From an uncultured Fibrobacterota bacterium (GTDB taxonomy: Bacteria; Fibrobacterota; Chitinivibrionia; Chitinivibrionales; FEN-1185): a stretch of DNA of 64,000 nucleotides. Within the stretch, counting starts at the first letter, position 1. Each line of letters opens with the position of its first letter. Under the pieces are notes generated by a model. The model saw nothing but the letters and a program-made list of their open reading frames with translations, was not told the origin of the DNA and ran no database searches. Of the stretch, positions 1 through 9,579 are shown piece after piece. The translations under genes were made by a program, and so were the position numbers. The stretch lies in NCBI GenBank assembly GCA_963729895.1, contig CAVSQB010000028.1:128001-192000 (forward strand), read 5' to 3'.

Positions 1-825
1 ACTCACCTTCTGCTCAACTGGTCGTTCTCTCCTGAAAAGAAACACCTTGCGGGAATTCTGCGGGACCTGTCGTGGTTCGGCTCGCTCACTTGCGAAGAAA
101 ACGTGTCGATGGCCGCAACCTTGCCCGCTGCATCATGGGTCCCGGGGTATATGTCGCTGTTTTCAAAGAAAGGGTTTGGCGATTCGATACCCCTGCAAGT
201 CTCCAATGTTTTGTACCGACAGACCGTTGAATGGAACCCGGACAGCCTCAAGGGGTTTCACGGCAAGCTCTACGCCGAACCGTTTACCAAAAAACTTTCC
301 GACTATTACGAACAAGGCATCGATTGGGGAGGCGGCCTGGACCGGACCAAAGATCCCTGGTTTGTGGGCGTAGAAGGCGCGATGCTGTGGGTGTGGAGGA
401 CCGATCCGTACGGTGAAAACGGCTACGAGATCAGCGACAGGCACGGCCAGCTCACCGAGAAATTCAGTATTATCAAGCCAATCACCGTGTATTGCAAGGA
501 GACCGGCGGGTGGGCGTTCGAGGACTCCTCGGCCGACGGCGGTTGGTACTACCGCATCGTTCCGGGCGCGCAATGGCAGATATTCAAGAAGGGTTCCGCT
601 GAGGTTTCCTACACCTATTCGTTCGTCGGCATCCAGAACATCATCGACCCTCGCGTGGCCCAGGGATTTACAAGCGGTACAAGCCACACCATCGAGGCGT
701 CCGCCCACCTCAACTTCGCGACGCATTTTTCCGTCGATCTGACCTATCACGGCGAAATCGGGAAGAACTACTACAACTCCACCGGGTTGCACGTGCTGTC
801 GATGCAGATGAAGGTGTACTTATAA
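1..825 (+). CDS. Partial (5'-truncated) hypothetical protein, probably outer-membrane beta-barrel C-terminus
   Basis: Frame 1 is open from base 1 to TAA at 823-825. Rich in aromatics/Gly, ends in alternating beta-strand-like LSMQMKVYL. Confidence 0.6.
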   Translation, partial: THLLLNWSFSPEKKHLAGILRDLSWFGSLTCEENVSMAATLPAASWVPGYMSLFSKKGFGDSIPLQVSNVLYRQTVEWNPDSLKGFHGKLYAEPFTKKLSDYYEQGIDWGGGLDRTKDPWFVGVEGAMLWVWRTDPYGENGYEISDRHGQLTEKFSIIKPITVYCKETGGWAFEDSSADGGWYYRIVPGAQWQIFKKGSAEVSYTYSFVGIQNIIDPRVAQGFTSGTSHTIEASAHLNFATHFSVDLTYHGEIGKNYYNSTGLHVLSMQMKVYL

Positions 826-907
826 ACTTCCTTTCGATGTTCATTCGTTTATCAAGACTTGGGCGCCCCGTCCCCACCGGGACGGCGGCCCTCCTTTCAG
901 GCTCGGC

Positions 908-996
908 CGGGTGCCGCTACGGTGCGCGCAGCAGAGGGTTCGGGCTTGCCTCGGGCACATCCACGCCGCACCGGCTCGGCAAACCAGAATCGTATT
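908..996 (-). repeat. Structured repeat family 2 copy (GATTCTGGWTTGCYGAGC...CTGCTGCGCGCAC); partial extra copy at 1012-1045
   Basis: Reverse complement aligns with 22489-22578 and 32132-32220. Confidence 0.8.
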
Positions 997-1171
997 TAGT
1001 TGACTTAGTTATCGCTGCACACGCTCAGCAAACCAAAATCTTATTTACATATCGTCGCAACGACCCAACATCCCCTGTGCATTATTAATTTTACTGAAAT
1101 ACTTGGGAATTGCAAAAATTCCTGCAAGAGATATATTTTATATCGCTTTTACATTCGCATGCAAGCACGTT

Positions 1172-1243
1172 GGGCTAGTAACTCAGCGGTAGAGTATCGC
1201 CCTTTTAAGGCGAGAGTCGTGGGTTCAAATCCCGCCTAGCTCA
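1172..1243 (+). tRNA. tRNA-Lys(UUU), CCA not encoded
   Basis: Acceptor GGGCTAG/CTAGCTC, anticodon arm TCGCC-CTTTTAA-GGCGA, T arm GTGGG-TTCAAAT-CCCGC. Confidence 0.97.
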
Positions 1244-1249
1244 TTTATC

Positions 1250-1296
1250 AAGAAAGCCTGTTCTTCCTGGTGTTTCAGGGGAAACAGGCTTTTCTT
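1250..1296 (+). terminator. Intrinsic terminator after tRNA-Lys
   Basis: AAGAAAGCCTGTT...AAACAGGCTTTTCTT inverted repeat with T tail. Confidence 0.7.
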
Positions 1297-1332
1297 ATGT
1301 AGGCTCGGCCGAATCCGAGCCTACAATAGGTA

Positions 1333-1361
1333 TTGACTTTCACCCTAAAAAAGGGTATATT
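1333..1361 (+). promoter_or_regulatory. Sigma70 promoter of the TA operon with palindromic operator in the spacer
   Basis: TTGACT-17 bp-TATATT. The spacer region holds ACCCT-AAAAA-AGGGT. Confidence 0.8.
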
Positions 1362-1366
1362 GAGAC

Positions 1367-1636
1367 ATAGTTTATTCCGTTACTCTCAAAAAGGCGGTAA
1401 AGAAGAATCTCTGGAAATTACCCTTGAACGTGAGGCAACGGTTTGAAGCGTTGACGGTGGCGCTTCGTGATGGAGGTCCGACAGGACCGCATGGCTGGTC
1501 GCATTATTCCAGGCTTGGAGAAAACGAATACCATTGTCATTTGACGTATCATTGTGTCGCCTGCTGGCGGCACCAAAAGGAAACCATACTCATTGAGGTG
1601 TACTATGTCGGTAGCCGTGAAGACGCGCCCCATTAG
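1367..1636 (+). CDS. RelE/HigB-like toxin (start codon appears to be ATA)
   Basis: In-frame extension of the 1424 ORF gives (I)VYSVTLKKAVKKNLWKLP..., a RelE-like N-terminus, ending IEVYYVGSREDAPH. It overlaps the downstream HTH gene. Confidence 0.7.
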   Translation: MVYSVTLKKAVKKNLWKLPLNVRQRFEALTVALRDGGPTGPHGWSHYSRLGENEYHCHLTYHCVACWRHQKETILIEVYYVGSREDAPH

Positions 1637-1961
1637 CATACGTTTAAGACCCAGGACTCCCGCACGGGTTATCCGGGCGGTAAAAAAGCAGTTTTCCGAT
1701 TATGTCATCGATTCAAGCGATGAATACGAGGACTGGTTTGAAACGGATCTGCACAGGGAAATTGCGGCACGCATGAAGCCCGGCGACTATCTTCGGAATT
1801 TCCGGGAAGCGACTGGCATGACGCAAAAAGACCTTGCGGAAAGAATCGGCGTCCGTGTCAACTACCTTTCGGACATGGAGGCCGGGCGACGGACGATAAG
1901 CAGAATGAAGGCCAAAAAGATAGCCGCGACTTTCAACGTTTCTCCGGGTGTTTTTATTTGA
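1605..1961 (+). CDS. XRE-family HTH antitoxin (HigA-like)
   Basis: ATG 1605 with GAGGTG SD. LRNFREATGMTQKDLAERIGV...YLSDMEAGRR is an HTH_3 signature. Confidence 0.85.
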   Translation: MSVAVKTRPISIRLRPRTPARVIRAVKKQFSDYVIDSSDEYEDWFETDLHREIAARMKPGDYLRNFREATGMTQKDLAERIGVRVNYLSDMEAGRRTISRMKAKKIAATFNVSPGVFI

Positions 1962-1987
1962 CCTGCTGTTCTCATGGGGGTGCTGCC

Positions 1988-2251
1988 ATGAAAAAGCCGA
2001 AAATTCCCCCGCTCCTGCGGGCAAAACCGCTCCACGACCTTGCGTGCTCGAAATGTGGGCAGATAAACGTGCCGGGTTCAACGTCTGAGGCCACCGCGGC
2101 CTTCTGTCCCTTTTGTCAGCAGAACACGCAGCATTACTCCGTTGCAACACAACAGGCCGAGGCCACGACACCCTTTGGTTTGCCCAAGCGACGGAAAAGA
2201 AAAAGCCTTTACTCGCCGGAGGGGAAAAAGAAGATGGGGTTCGGGAAGTAG
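1988..2251 (+). CDS. Small basic zinc-ribbon protein
   Basis: CSKC...CPFC pair, Lys/Arg-rich termini, G-rich SD before the ATG. Confidence 0.55.
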   Translation: MKKPKIPPLLRAKPLHDLACSKCGQINVPGSTSEATAAFCPFCQQNTQHYSVATQQAEATTPFGLPKRRKRKSLYSPEGKKKMGFGK

Positions 2252-2349
2252 TGGCCCGCCAACACCAAACCAAGAATCAAAACGAATCTCCAGCCAGTTC
2301 ATCATGATCCGCTCACAAGAGTTCTAATGATGTAATTTGACATAATCCC

Positions 2350-5300
2350 ATGCCAATAGAACCCCTTTCAAAACAATGGTCTCGGGGAACTTTTCCCGGA
2401 ATAAGCGAATGGCTGGGCCGGCGGCCGGAGTCGTCGCTCTTCACAGGATGCGCAGGTTCGAGCGACGCGTTCCTGGTCGCCGGCCTTTTCTCCGCATCCG
2501 GCAAATCCGTGATTGCGTGCGTGGAGAACAGCAAGCGGGCCGAAGTGCTCAGCGCAGAGTGCGCCTCGCTTCTGGGCGACGATTCGGTTTCTCTCTTTCC
2601 CTCGCGTGACGCAGTACCCTACAACATGAAATCGCCCTTCGGCCCCGTGGTTGAGAGCAGGTTTACCGTTTTGTCACAGCTCCTCAACGGGAAGAAGGCG
2701 GTGTATGTCGCCCCTCATCCGGCGCTTGTCCAGAAAGTGCCGCCGCCCAAGGACCTGTTCAACCGGATCATCAGGCTCAACAACGGGGAAGAGATTCCCA
2801 TTGCAACGCTTTCGTCGTGGCTTGCCGACAACGGGTTCAGGCGCGAGACCATGGTTGCGGATGTGGGAACTTTCTGCATACGGGGCGGCATCGTCGACAT
2901 CTATCCCTTTATGACCGACGGCCCGGTGCGCATCGAATTCTTCGGCAACGTCATCGAATCCATCCGCGAATTCGATGTGTTTACACAAAAGACTTCCGGA
3001 ACACGCGAGCAGGTGGAAATATTCCCTATGAAGGAATACTGCCTCTCAAACGACCAGATCGAGCGCGCGCTGGCCGCTATGGCGGAACAGTTTTCCGGAC
3101 AACGCGACATGGAAAGCGGCTTTGCCAAGCTGTCGCACCAGTGGAAAACGCTTCTGGACCATGACGGCATCGAGTGGTTTGCACACTGGTTCGGGCTCCC
3201 CGAGGCGTCGCTGTTCGATTACCTGCCCGCCGACGCGATTGTCGTATGGGACGACCTGCTTCCGCCGCTGCGCCGCATTGACGAATGCATGCAGAATTAC
3301 GAGCGCCATCTGGAACGCGTGCCCGAGGCTTTTTCCGCTTTTGTCTCTCCCCCCCGCGAGCTGCTCATGCCCGGGCAGGACATTGCGGACGGCATCTCGT
3401 TGTTTACGCGCGTGTACGTGGGCACCGTTGAAGGCGCGGACGCGACGTGGACCGCCGCCTGCTCGATGGCCGAGCAGCCCGCGTTTCCACAGACCATGGA
3501 ACCGCTTGTGGCCGACCTTGCCGCCCACGACGCGGTCGGCGACGAAACCATCCTGGTGTGCGGCAATGCGGGCCATGCCGAGCGCCTGTGGGAACTTATC
3601 GGCGAAGGATGTCCTTTTGTCAAGATGTGCACCGGGTTTCTGCACCGCGGCTTCTTTGACAAAATCAACAAACGGCTGTATTATACCGACATCCAGCTGT
3701 TCAACCGCCAGCCCTCCCGGCAGATAGTCCACAAACGGGCGCGGGCGGGCCAGGCGCTCCCTTCCTACGACGCGCTGTCGCCCGGCGACTTTGTCGTTCA
3801 TGTCGACCACGGCATCGGCAGGTTTCTGGGGATCGAGCGCGTTGTGGCGGCCGGCGCGGGCCGCGACTGCATGCTCATCGCCTACCAGAACAACGCCCGG
3901 CTCAGCGTGCCCGTGGAAGATTTCCACAAAGTGCAGAAATACATCGGCAAGGAATCGGTCGTGCCGGCGCTGTCGAAGCTCGGCAGCGAGGCGTGGGAGC
4001 GGCTCAAGGCGCGCACCAAGGAATCGCTCAGGGAGATGGCCCAGGAGCTTATCGAATTGTACGCGAAGCGACAGTATTTTGAGGGCCTAGAGTTTGCAAA
4101 AGACACGATGTGGCAGAAGGAATTCGAGGATTCCTTTATCTATGAGGAAACGCCCGACCAGGCGCGCGCCATCGCCGAAGTAAAGAAGGACATGGAATCC
4201 AAAAGGCCCATGGACCGGCTTGTGTGCGGCGACGTGGGCTTCGGGAAAACGGAGGTGGCGATGCGCGCCGCGTTCAAGGCCGTCATGGGCGGATACCAGG
4301 TGGCGATCCTTGCGCCCACCACCATCCTCACCGCGCAGCATTACGCCACGCTCACGGAGCGCATGGCGAATTTCCCCGTGAAAATCGCCATGTTGTCGCG
4401 GTTTCTGTCGCCCCGCGAGCAGAAAGGCGTTCTCGCCCGTGTCAAGGACGGAGCCGTGGACATTCTCGTGGGCACGCACCGGCTGCTGTCGCGGGACATC
4501 GCGTTTAAGAACCTGGGGCTGCTTGTGGTCGACGAGGAACAGCGGTTCGGGGTGCGCCACAAGGAACGGCTCAAGCAGTACCGGTACAAAGTGGACGTTC
4601 TTTCGATGACTGCAACGCCCATCCCGCGCACACTGCACTTGTCGCTCATCGGCGCGCGCGACTTGTCCATTATCAACACGCCGCCGCGCAACCGCCTGCC
4701 CATCGAGACGCACGTCATGGAAGCGCATGACGAGATCTTCAAGACCGCAATCGAAAACGAGCTCGACCGCGGCGGCCAGACCTACGTGGTGCACAACCGG
4801 ATCCAGACCCTCGGCGCCCTGCGCGACACCATCGAAGCCATGATCCCCCGCGCGCGTGTGGTGTGCGCGCACGGCCAGATGCACGAATCGGAGCTTGAGC
4901 GCATCATGAAGGAATTCATCGCGGGCCGGTTCGACGTGCTCGTGTCGACCGTCATCATCGAAAACGGGCTTGATATCCCCAATGTCAATACCATCATCGT
5001 GAACCGCGCCGACGCCATGGGGTTGTCGCAGTTGTACCAGTTGCGCGGCAGGGTGGGGCGTTCGTCGGAGCAGGCATACGCCTACTTCCTCGCCCCGTCG
5101 TTCCGGGAAGCAAGCGAGCTGTCGCTTAAGCGGCTGCGCGTGCTCGAGCAGTACACCGACCTCGGGTCCGGCTTCCAAATTGCGATGCGCGACCTTGAGA
5201 TCCGCGGGGCCGGCAATATCCTGGGCGTGCACCAACACGGGTTCATCGCGGCGGTCGGGTTTGAGCTGTATTGCCGGCTGCTCGAGGAAACGGTGAAAGA

Positions 5301-5778
5301 ATTGCGCGGCGAGAAGAAGCCGCTTGTCCAGGAAAAAGACGTCACCCTCGACATTCCGCTCGATGCATTCATTCCCACGGATTACATCGAAGACGGCACG
5401 GCCAGGATTTCCGTGTACCAGGAATTGTCCGGGGCGACGTCACCGGCGGACGTGAATGCCATGGAGCGCGAGCTGGCCGACCGGTTCGGCCCCATGCCGA
5501 AAAGCGTTCTGTCCCTGCTGCTGCTCATACGGATCAAGGTGCTGGCCCGCGGCCTCGGATGCTCAAAAGTGAGCGTTACGCCCGACGGGCGATGCGCATT
5601 GTCGGTAGAAGGCGAGGACGCCGCGGTGCGGGAACGGATAGGACGCATCGTCTCAAAAACGAAGCGGCAATTCGATATTGTCAATGAAAAACCGCTGGTG
5701 CTCCGGACGCACCTGCAGGCGAAATCCATGGAGGACATGGCGCTCGAAACGCGAGATTTGCTTGCGTCGCTGGCTTGA
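2350..5778 (+). CDS. mfd: Transcription-repair coupling factor
   Basis: UvrB-like N-terminus, VVHVDHGIG RID, GDVGFGKT, DEEQRFG, QLRGRVGRS, TRCF tail. Confidence 0.98.
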   Translation: MPIEPLSKQWSRGTFPGISEWLGRRPESSLFTGCAGSSDAFLVAGLFSASGKSVIACVENSKRAEVLSAECASLLGDDSVSLFPSRDAVPYNMKSPFGPVVESRFTVLSQLLNGKKAVYVAPHPALVQKVPPPKDLFNRIIRLNNGEEIPIATLSSWLADNGFRRETMVADVGTFCIRGGIVDIYPFMTDGPVRIEFFGNVIESIREFDVFTQKTSGTREQVEIFPMKEYCLSNDQIERALAAMAEQFSGQRDMESGFAKLSHQWKTLLDHDGIEWFAHWFGLPEASLFDYLPADAIVVWDDLLPPLRRIDECMQNYERHLERVPEAFSAFVSPPRELLMPGQDIADGISLFTRVYVGTVEGADATWTAACSMAEQPAFPQTMEPLVADLAAHDAVGDETILVCGNAGHAERLWELIGEGCPFVKMCTGFLHRGFFDKINKRLYYTDIQLFNRQPSRQIVHKRARAGQALPSYDALSPGDFVVHVDHGIGRFLGIERVVAAGAGRDCMLIAYQNNARLSVPVEDFHKVQKYIGKESVVPALSKLGSEAWERLKARTKESLREMAQELIELYAKRQYFEGLEFAKDTMWQKEFEDSFIYEETPDQARAIAEVKKDMESKRPMDRLVCGDVGFGKTEVAMRAAFKAVMGGYQVAILAPTTILTAQHYATLTERMANFPVKIAMLSRFLSPREQKGVLARVKDGAVDILVGTHRLLSRDIAFKNLGLLVVDEEQRFGVRHKERLKQYRYKVDVLSMTATPIPRTLHLSLIGARDLSIINTPPRNRLPIETHVMEAHDEIFKTAIENELDRGGQTYVVHNRIQTLGALRDTIEAMIPRARVVCAHGQMHESELERIMKEFIAGRFDVLVSTVIIENGLDIPNVNTIIVNRADAMGLSQLYQLRGRVGRSSEQAYAYFLAPSFREASELSLKRLRVLEQYTDLGSGFQIAMRDLEIRGAGNILGVHQHGFIAAVGFELYCRLLEETVKELRGEKKPLVQEKDVTLDIPLDAFIPTDYIEDGTARISVYQELSGATSPADVNAMERELADRFGPMPKSVLSLLLLIRIKVLARGLGCSKVSVTPDGRCALSVEGEDAAVRERIGRIVSKTKRQFDIVNEKPLVLRTHLQAKSMEDMALETRDLLASLA

Positions 5779-5824
5779 AGCGCGTGGCTTTCCTGCGCTC
5801 CATCATGTATTTTTTTTAACGTTT

Positions 5825-6748
5825 ATGAAACCAATGAGATACGTGTTTGTTGCGGGGCTCCTTGCGGCGTGCTTCGCAGCTGCGCTTGTAAACTGCATAA
5901 ACCGGCCCAAGGGGCCCGTGGTGGCGCGCGTCGGTTCGGACGTCCTCACGCTCGACGAACTGTACAAGAGTATTCCGCCCGAATACAGTGACTTCGTTAC
6001 GCGGGAACAGATAGTCAATTATGTCAAGCAATGGATCGACAACAAGATCCTGTACAACGAGGCCATCCGGCTCAAGATCGACAAAGACGAAATCATCCGC
6101 GGCCGCCTCAGGCGCATGAAGGAAGACCTGCTGTGCGCGGAGATGATAAGCCGCAACGCAGTGCCGCTGCAGGAAATACGGGTGCCCGAAGACGTGATCG
6201 AAAACTATTACAACGACAACAAAACCAAGTTCGTGCGTGAAAGGAATGTTGCGAAATACCTCCAGATTGTGTGCGACGACTACAACACGGCGCTCAAGGT
6301 CCGCTCGCTTGTCACGCCCGACAATTTTCTGAATCTTGCCTCGCAGTATTCCAAGGCGCCGGCGCCCGATCCCAAGAATGCAGCCTATGTCAAACTCGAC
6401 GAGATCCCGGCAGAGGTCGCACAGGAAATCTCCTCCACAAAAATCAACGGGACCTCCAACGTCATCAAGACCGGCTCGGGATATTGTATCGTGCGCGTGC
6501 TCGACAGGCAGCCCAAGGGCACCCTGTGCCAGTTGTCGGAGGTGAAAGACGACATCACCAACATTCTCGCGGCTAAAATGCAGAACGCCACAATCGAGCG
6601 CCTCATTTCGTCGCTGCGGTCCAAGATGATCGTTGAAGCGCACCTGGAGATCGTGACCGATCAGCACAAGTCTCCGGGAAGCGGGGGCTCGGCGGAAAAG
6701 GTCCCGGCGGCACCGGCGGATTCTTCCCCTAAAGAAAGTCAGGAGTAG
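5825..6748 (+). CDS. Parvulin-like PPIase/foldase, probably exported or lipoprotein
   Basis: Hydrophobic N-terminus with Cys, VVARVG, IENYY, FLNLASQYS. Lies between mfd and surA. Confidence 0.75.
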   Translation: MKPMRYVFVAGLLAACFAAALVNCINRPKGPVVARVGSDVLTLDELYKSIPPEYSDFVTREQIVNYVKQWIDNKILYNEAIRLKIDKDEIIRGRLRRMKEDLLCAEMISRNAVPLQEIRVPEDVIENYYNDNKTKFVRERNVAKYLQIVCDDYNTALKVRSLVTPDNFLNLASQYSKAPAPDPKNAAYVKLDEIPAEVAQEISSTKINGTSNVIKTGSGYCIVRVLDRQPKGTLCQLSEVKDDITNILAAKMQNATIERLISSLRSKMIVEAHLEIVTDQHKSPGSGGSAEKVPAAPADSSPKESQE

Positions 6749-6752
6749 CAGC

Positions 6753-8042
6753 GTGATCTCACGGATGGTTGCAGCAGCGATATATGGTGTCGTATCGTCG
6801 GCGGCGCTGTACGCCGCAGACCGGTTGGACGGCATCGCCGCGGTGGTGGGTGATTCCGCAATCCTCCAGTCGGAGCTTGACGCATACATCATGGTGCGTG
6901 AAAGCGCTGCCGGCGCAAAACCGGACAGCGTGCGGTTCCGCGACCTGCGCAAGGAGCTTATCGGCGATCTGGTGGACGGCAAGGTGCTTATCGTTCACGC
7001 GGCAAAGGATTCCAACATCGTGCTGAAGGAGACCGAGGTGGACCAGGCCGTAAGCGCCCACGTGCAGCAGATCCTCGAACAGAACAGCATGACCTTGGAT
7101 GCCCTGGAAAAAGAGCTGCACGAGAAATACGGCATGGGGCTCAACAAGTTCAAGGCGCAGCTTCGTTCCCAAATCCAGGAACAGTTGATAAAGCAGAAAG
7201 TGACCCAGCAGTATGTGGGGCAGGTTTCGGTGAGCAAGAATGATGTGGAGCAGTTTTACCGGGACTACAAAGACAGCCTGCCCACCATCGGGGAGAGCGT
7301 GCTGTTGTCCAAGATCGCCGTAAAGCTCGGCACGCCCGATTCTGTCCGCCAGGCGGCCTTCGCAAAGGCAAAGAGCATCAAACGGCACCTTGACGCAGGC
7401 GAAGATTTTGCCGCGGTTGCGAAGCAATACTCCGAAGATCCCAACGCCGCCGGCGGCGGCGATCTCGGTTTTATCACGAAGGGGACTTTAAATGAGCTCA
7501 AATTCGAGGAGGCGGTGTTCTCCCTCAACGTGGGGCAAACAAGCGACATCATCGAGTCGCGTCTCGGGTTCCATATTGTTAACGTCATGGCAAAAAAGGA
7601 CCAGACGGTCCACGTGCGGCAGATTTTCGTGAGCGTCACGCCGCCGGAGGCCGCGATCCAGCGCGCTATGGCGCAACTCGACTCGGTAAGGACGGCGGCA
7701 AAGACGCCCGCCGATTTTGCCGACGCGGTGCGGTGCTTTTCCACCGATGCGCAGTCGAAGGCGCACGGCGGGCGTGTCGGATGGGTGCCGCTGTTCTCCA
7801 TGCCCGAGGCCGCGCGCACGGCGTTGGACAGCCTTGCGGCGGGCGGTATCACCGCACCGGTGCGCGACGGCAACGAAATCACCCTGTACCGGGTCGACGA
7901 CCGGATGAAAAACAGGGCGCTTACCATGGAGGACGATTACGATCTCCTTTCCGAAAAGGCAAAAGAAATCATGGCGCAAAAGAAGCTGCTCGATCTTGTG
8001 AAGAAATGGCGCCGTGAGATATTCGTTGACATAAGGTTGTAG
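6753..8042 (+). CDS. surA: SurA-like periplasmic chaperone/PPIase
   Basis: LDGIAAVVG N-domain and two parvulin domains (GEDFAAVAKQYSED...GGDLG). Confidence 0.88.
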   Translation: MISRMVAAAIYGVVSSAALYAADRLDGIAAVVGDSAILQSELDAYIMVRESAAGAKPDSVRFRDLRKELIGDLVDGKVLIVHAAKDSNIVLKETEVDQAVSAHVQQILEQNSMTLDALEKELHEKYGMGLNKFKAQLRSQIQEQLIKQKVTQQYVGQVSVSKNDVEQFYRDYKDSLPTIGESVLLSKIAVKLGTPDSVRQAAFAKAKSIKRHLDAGEDFAAVAKQYSEDPNAAGGGDLGFITKGTLNELKFEEAVFSLNVGQTSDIIESRLGFHIVNVMAKKDQTVHVRQIFVSVTPPEAAIQRAMAQLDSVRTAAKTPADFADAVRCFSTDAQSKAHGGRVGWVPLFSMPEAARTALDSLAAGGITAPVRDGNEITLYRVDDRMKNRALTMEDDYDLLSEKAKEIMAQKKLLDLVKKWRREIFVDIRL

Positions 8043-8047
8043 TCCCC

Positions 8048-8884
8048 GTGAATTACGGCGCTCTTGCTCCGCTGTACGACAGGCTCATGGCACATGTCGG
8101 GTATCATCGCTGGCACAGTCTTATCGAACAGGTCGTCGGGCGTTACAGCGAATCGAGGCGGCCGTCGATCCTTGAAATCGGAGGCGGCACCGGCGTGCTC
8201 GGTGAACGGATGGTTGCCGCCGGTTTCCCTTACGTCGGCTCCGACCTGTCGTATCCGATGTGCCTGCAGGCCAAGGAACGCATTGGTAAAGTAGTCTGCG
8301 CCGATGGCCGGCATCTCCCCTTCAGGGCCGCCTCGGTATTCGACCTCGTCCTCTTCCTGTACGACGGCATCAATTATCTCCGGGACCGTGATGCATACTG
8401 CCGGTTGTTCGGCGAGGTGCACGCGCAGCTGAAACCGGGCGGACTGTTTCTGTTCGACATAACCACGGTGTTTAATTCCGTCAACAATTTCAACGAATAC
8501 GTTGATTCCGACGACTTCGGCGACCATTTTTACTTCCGGCACAGTTATTATCATGCGTTGCAGGGTGTGCAATACAACGATTTCACCATTTTCAGCCGTT
8601 GTGCGGACCGGGACGCGTCGCCGCCGGCCGGCGGCGTTGCGGCAGCCGTGGCCCGGGGCCTTGCAGGGCCGGCGGTGCCGCCCGCTGGGGACGAGGACGC
8701 CGGCCTGTACCGGAAAAGCATGGAACACCACGCGCAAAAGGTCTTTCCCGTCAACGTGATACGAGATTTTGTCCCCTGCGCCCAGTTCGACATCGTGGGC
8801 ATCTGGGACGATTTTTCCCTCAAAAAGCATACGCCGCACTCCGAGCGCGTGCACTTTCTCCTCCGGAAAAAGGGCGGCCCATGA
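8048..8884 (+). CDS. Class I SAM-dependent methyltransferase
   Basis: LAPLYD, ILEIGGGTG, LKPGGLFLFD motifs. Confidence 0.88.
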   Translation: MNYGALAPLYDRLMAHVGYHRWHSLIEQVVGRYSESRRPSILEIGGGTGVLGERMVAAGFPYVGSDLSYPMCLQAKERIGKVVCADGRHLPFRAASVFDLVLFLYDGINYLRDRDAYCRLFGEVHAQLKPGGLFLFDITTVFNSVNNFNEYVDSDDFGDHFYFRHSYYHALQGVQYNDFTIFSRCADRDASPPAGGVAAAVARGLAGPAVPPAGDEDAGLYRKSMEHHAQKVFPVNVIRDFVPCAQFDIVGIWDDFSLKKHTPHSERVHFLLRKKGGP

Positions 8885-9579
8885 TCCAGTTTTCCCATGT
8901 GACAAAGGTGTATGGAGGATCGTTTGAGGCGCTTTCCGACGTGTCGGTGTTTATTGATAAAGGCGAATTCGTCTTTCTCACCGGCGCCAGCGGCGCGGGA
9001 AAGACCACGCTGCTCAAGCACATATATATGGAGGAATTTCCCACCAAGGGCCAGGTATTCGTCGGCGGCTACGACTCCACCTACATGCGCAGCCGGGACA
9101 TTCCCCTGTTGCGCCGGAAGCTCGGGATCGTATTCCAGGATTTCCGTCTGCTTTCCGACCGCAACGTGTTCGAGAACGTCGCCTTTGCCATGCGTGTGAC
9201 GGGGCGAAAGGAGCGCGAGGTGAAACGGAAGGTGTTCGAGGTGCTTGCGCTTACCGGCCTGTCCCACAAGTGCTCGTACGGTCCGATGCAGCTTTCCGGG
9301 GGAGAGCAGCAACGGGTGTGCATTGCGCGCGCCATCGCGAACGATCCGTGGATCATTCTTGCCGACGAGCCCACGGGCAACCTTGACGTGGGCGTTTCCA
9401 AGGAAATCATGCTTCTGTTCGAGAAAATCAACAGCTGGGGAACGACCGTGATCATGGCAACGCATGACGAATTCCTCAAACAACAGTACCATTACCGCGA
9501 ACTCGTGCTGGAGCGGGGTGTCCTGATCCGGGGCGGCGACATCACGATGCGGCCCAAAATAGGCAGGATGTTCGCATGA
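8881..9579 (+). CDS. ftsE: Cell division ATP-binding protein FtsE
   Basis: [55 protein letters not shown]. Confidence 0.9.
   Translation: MIQFSHVTKVYGGSFEALSDVSVFIDKGEFVFLTGASGAGKTTLLKHIYMEEFPTKGQVFVGGYDSTYMRSRDIPLLRRKLGIVFQDFRLLSDRNVFENVAFAMRVTGRKEREVKRKVFEVLALTGLSHKCSYGPMQLSGGEQQRVCIARAIANDPWIILADEPTGNLDVGVSKEIMLLFEKINSWGTTVIMATHDEFLKQQYHYRELVLERGVLIRGGDITMRPKIGRMFA

Noticed and set aside
1244..2349. Integrated prophage or ICE at tRNA-Lys
   Set aside because: No integrase and no duplicated tRNA 3' end found; only a small TA islet.
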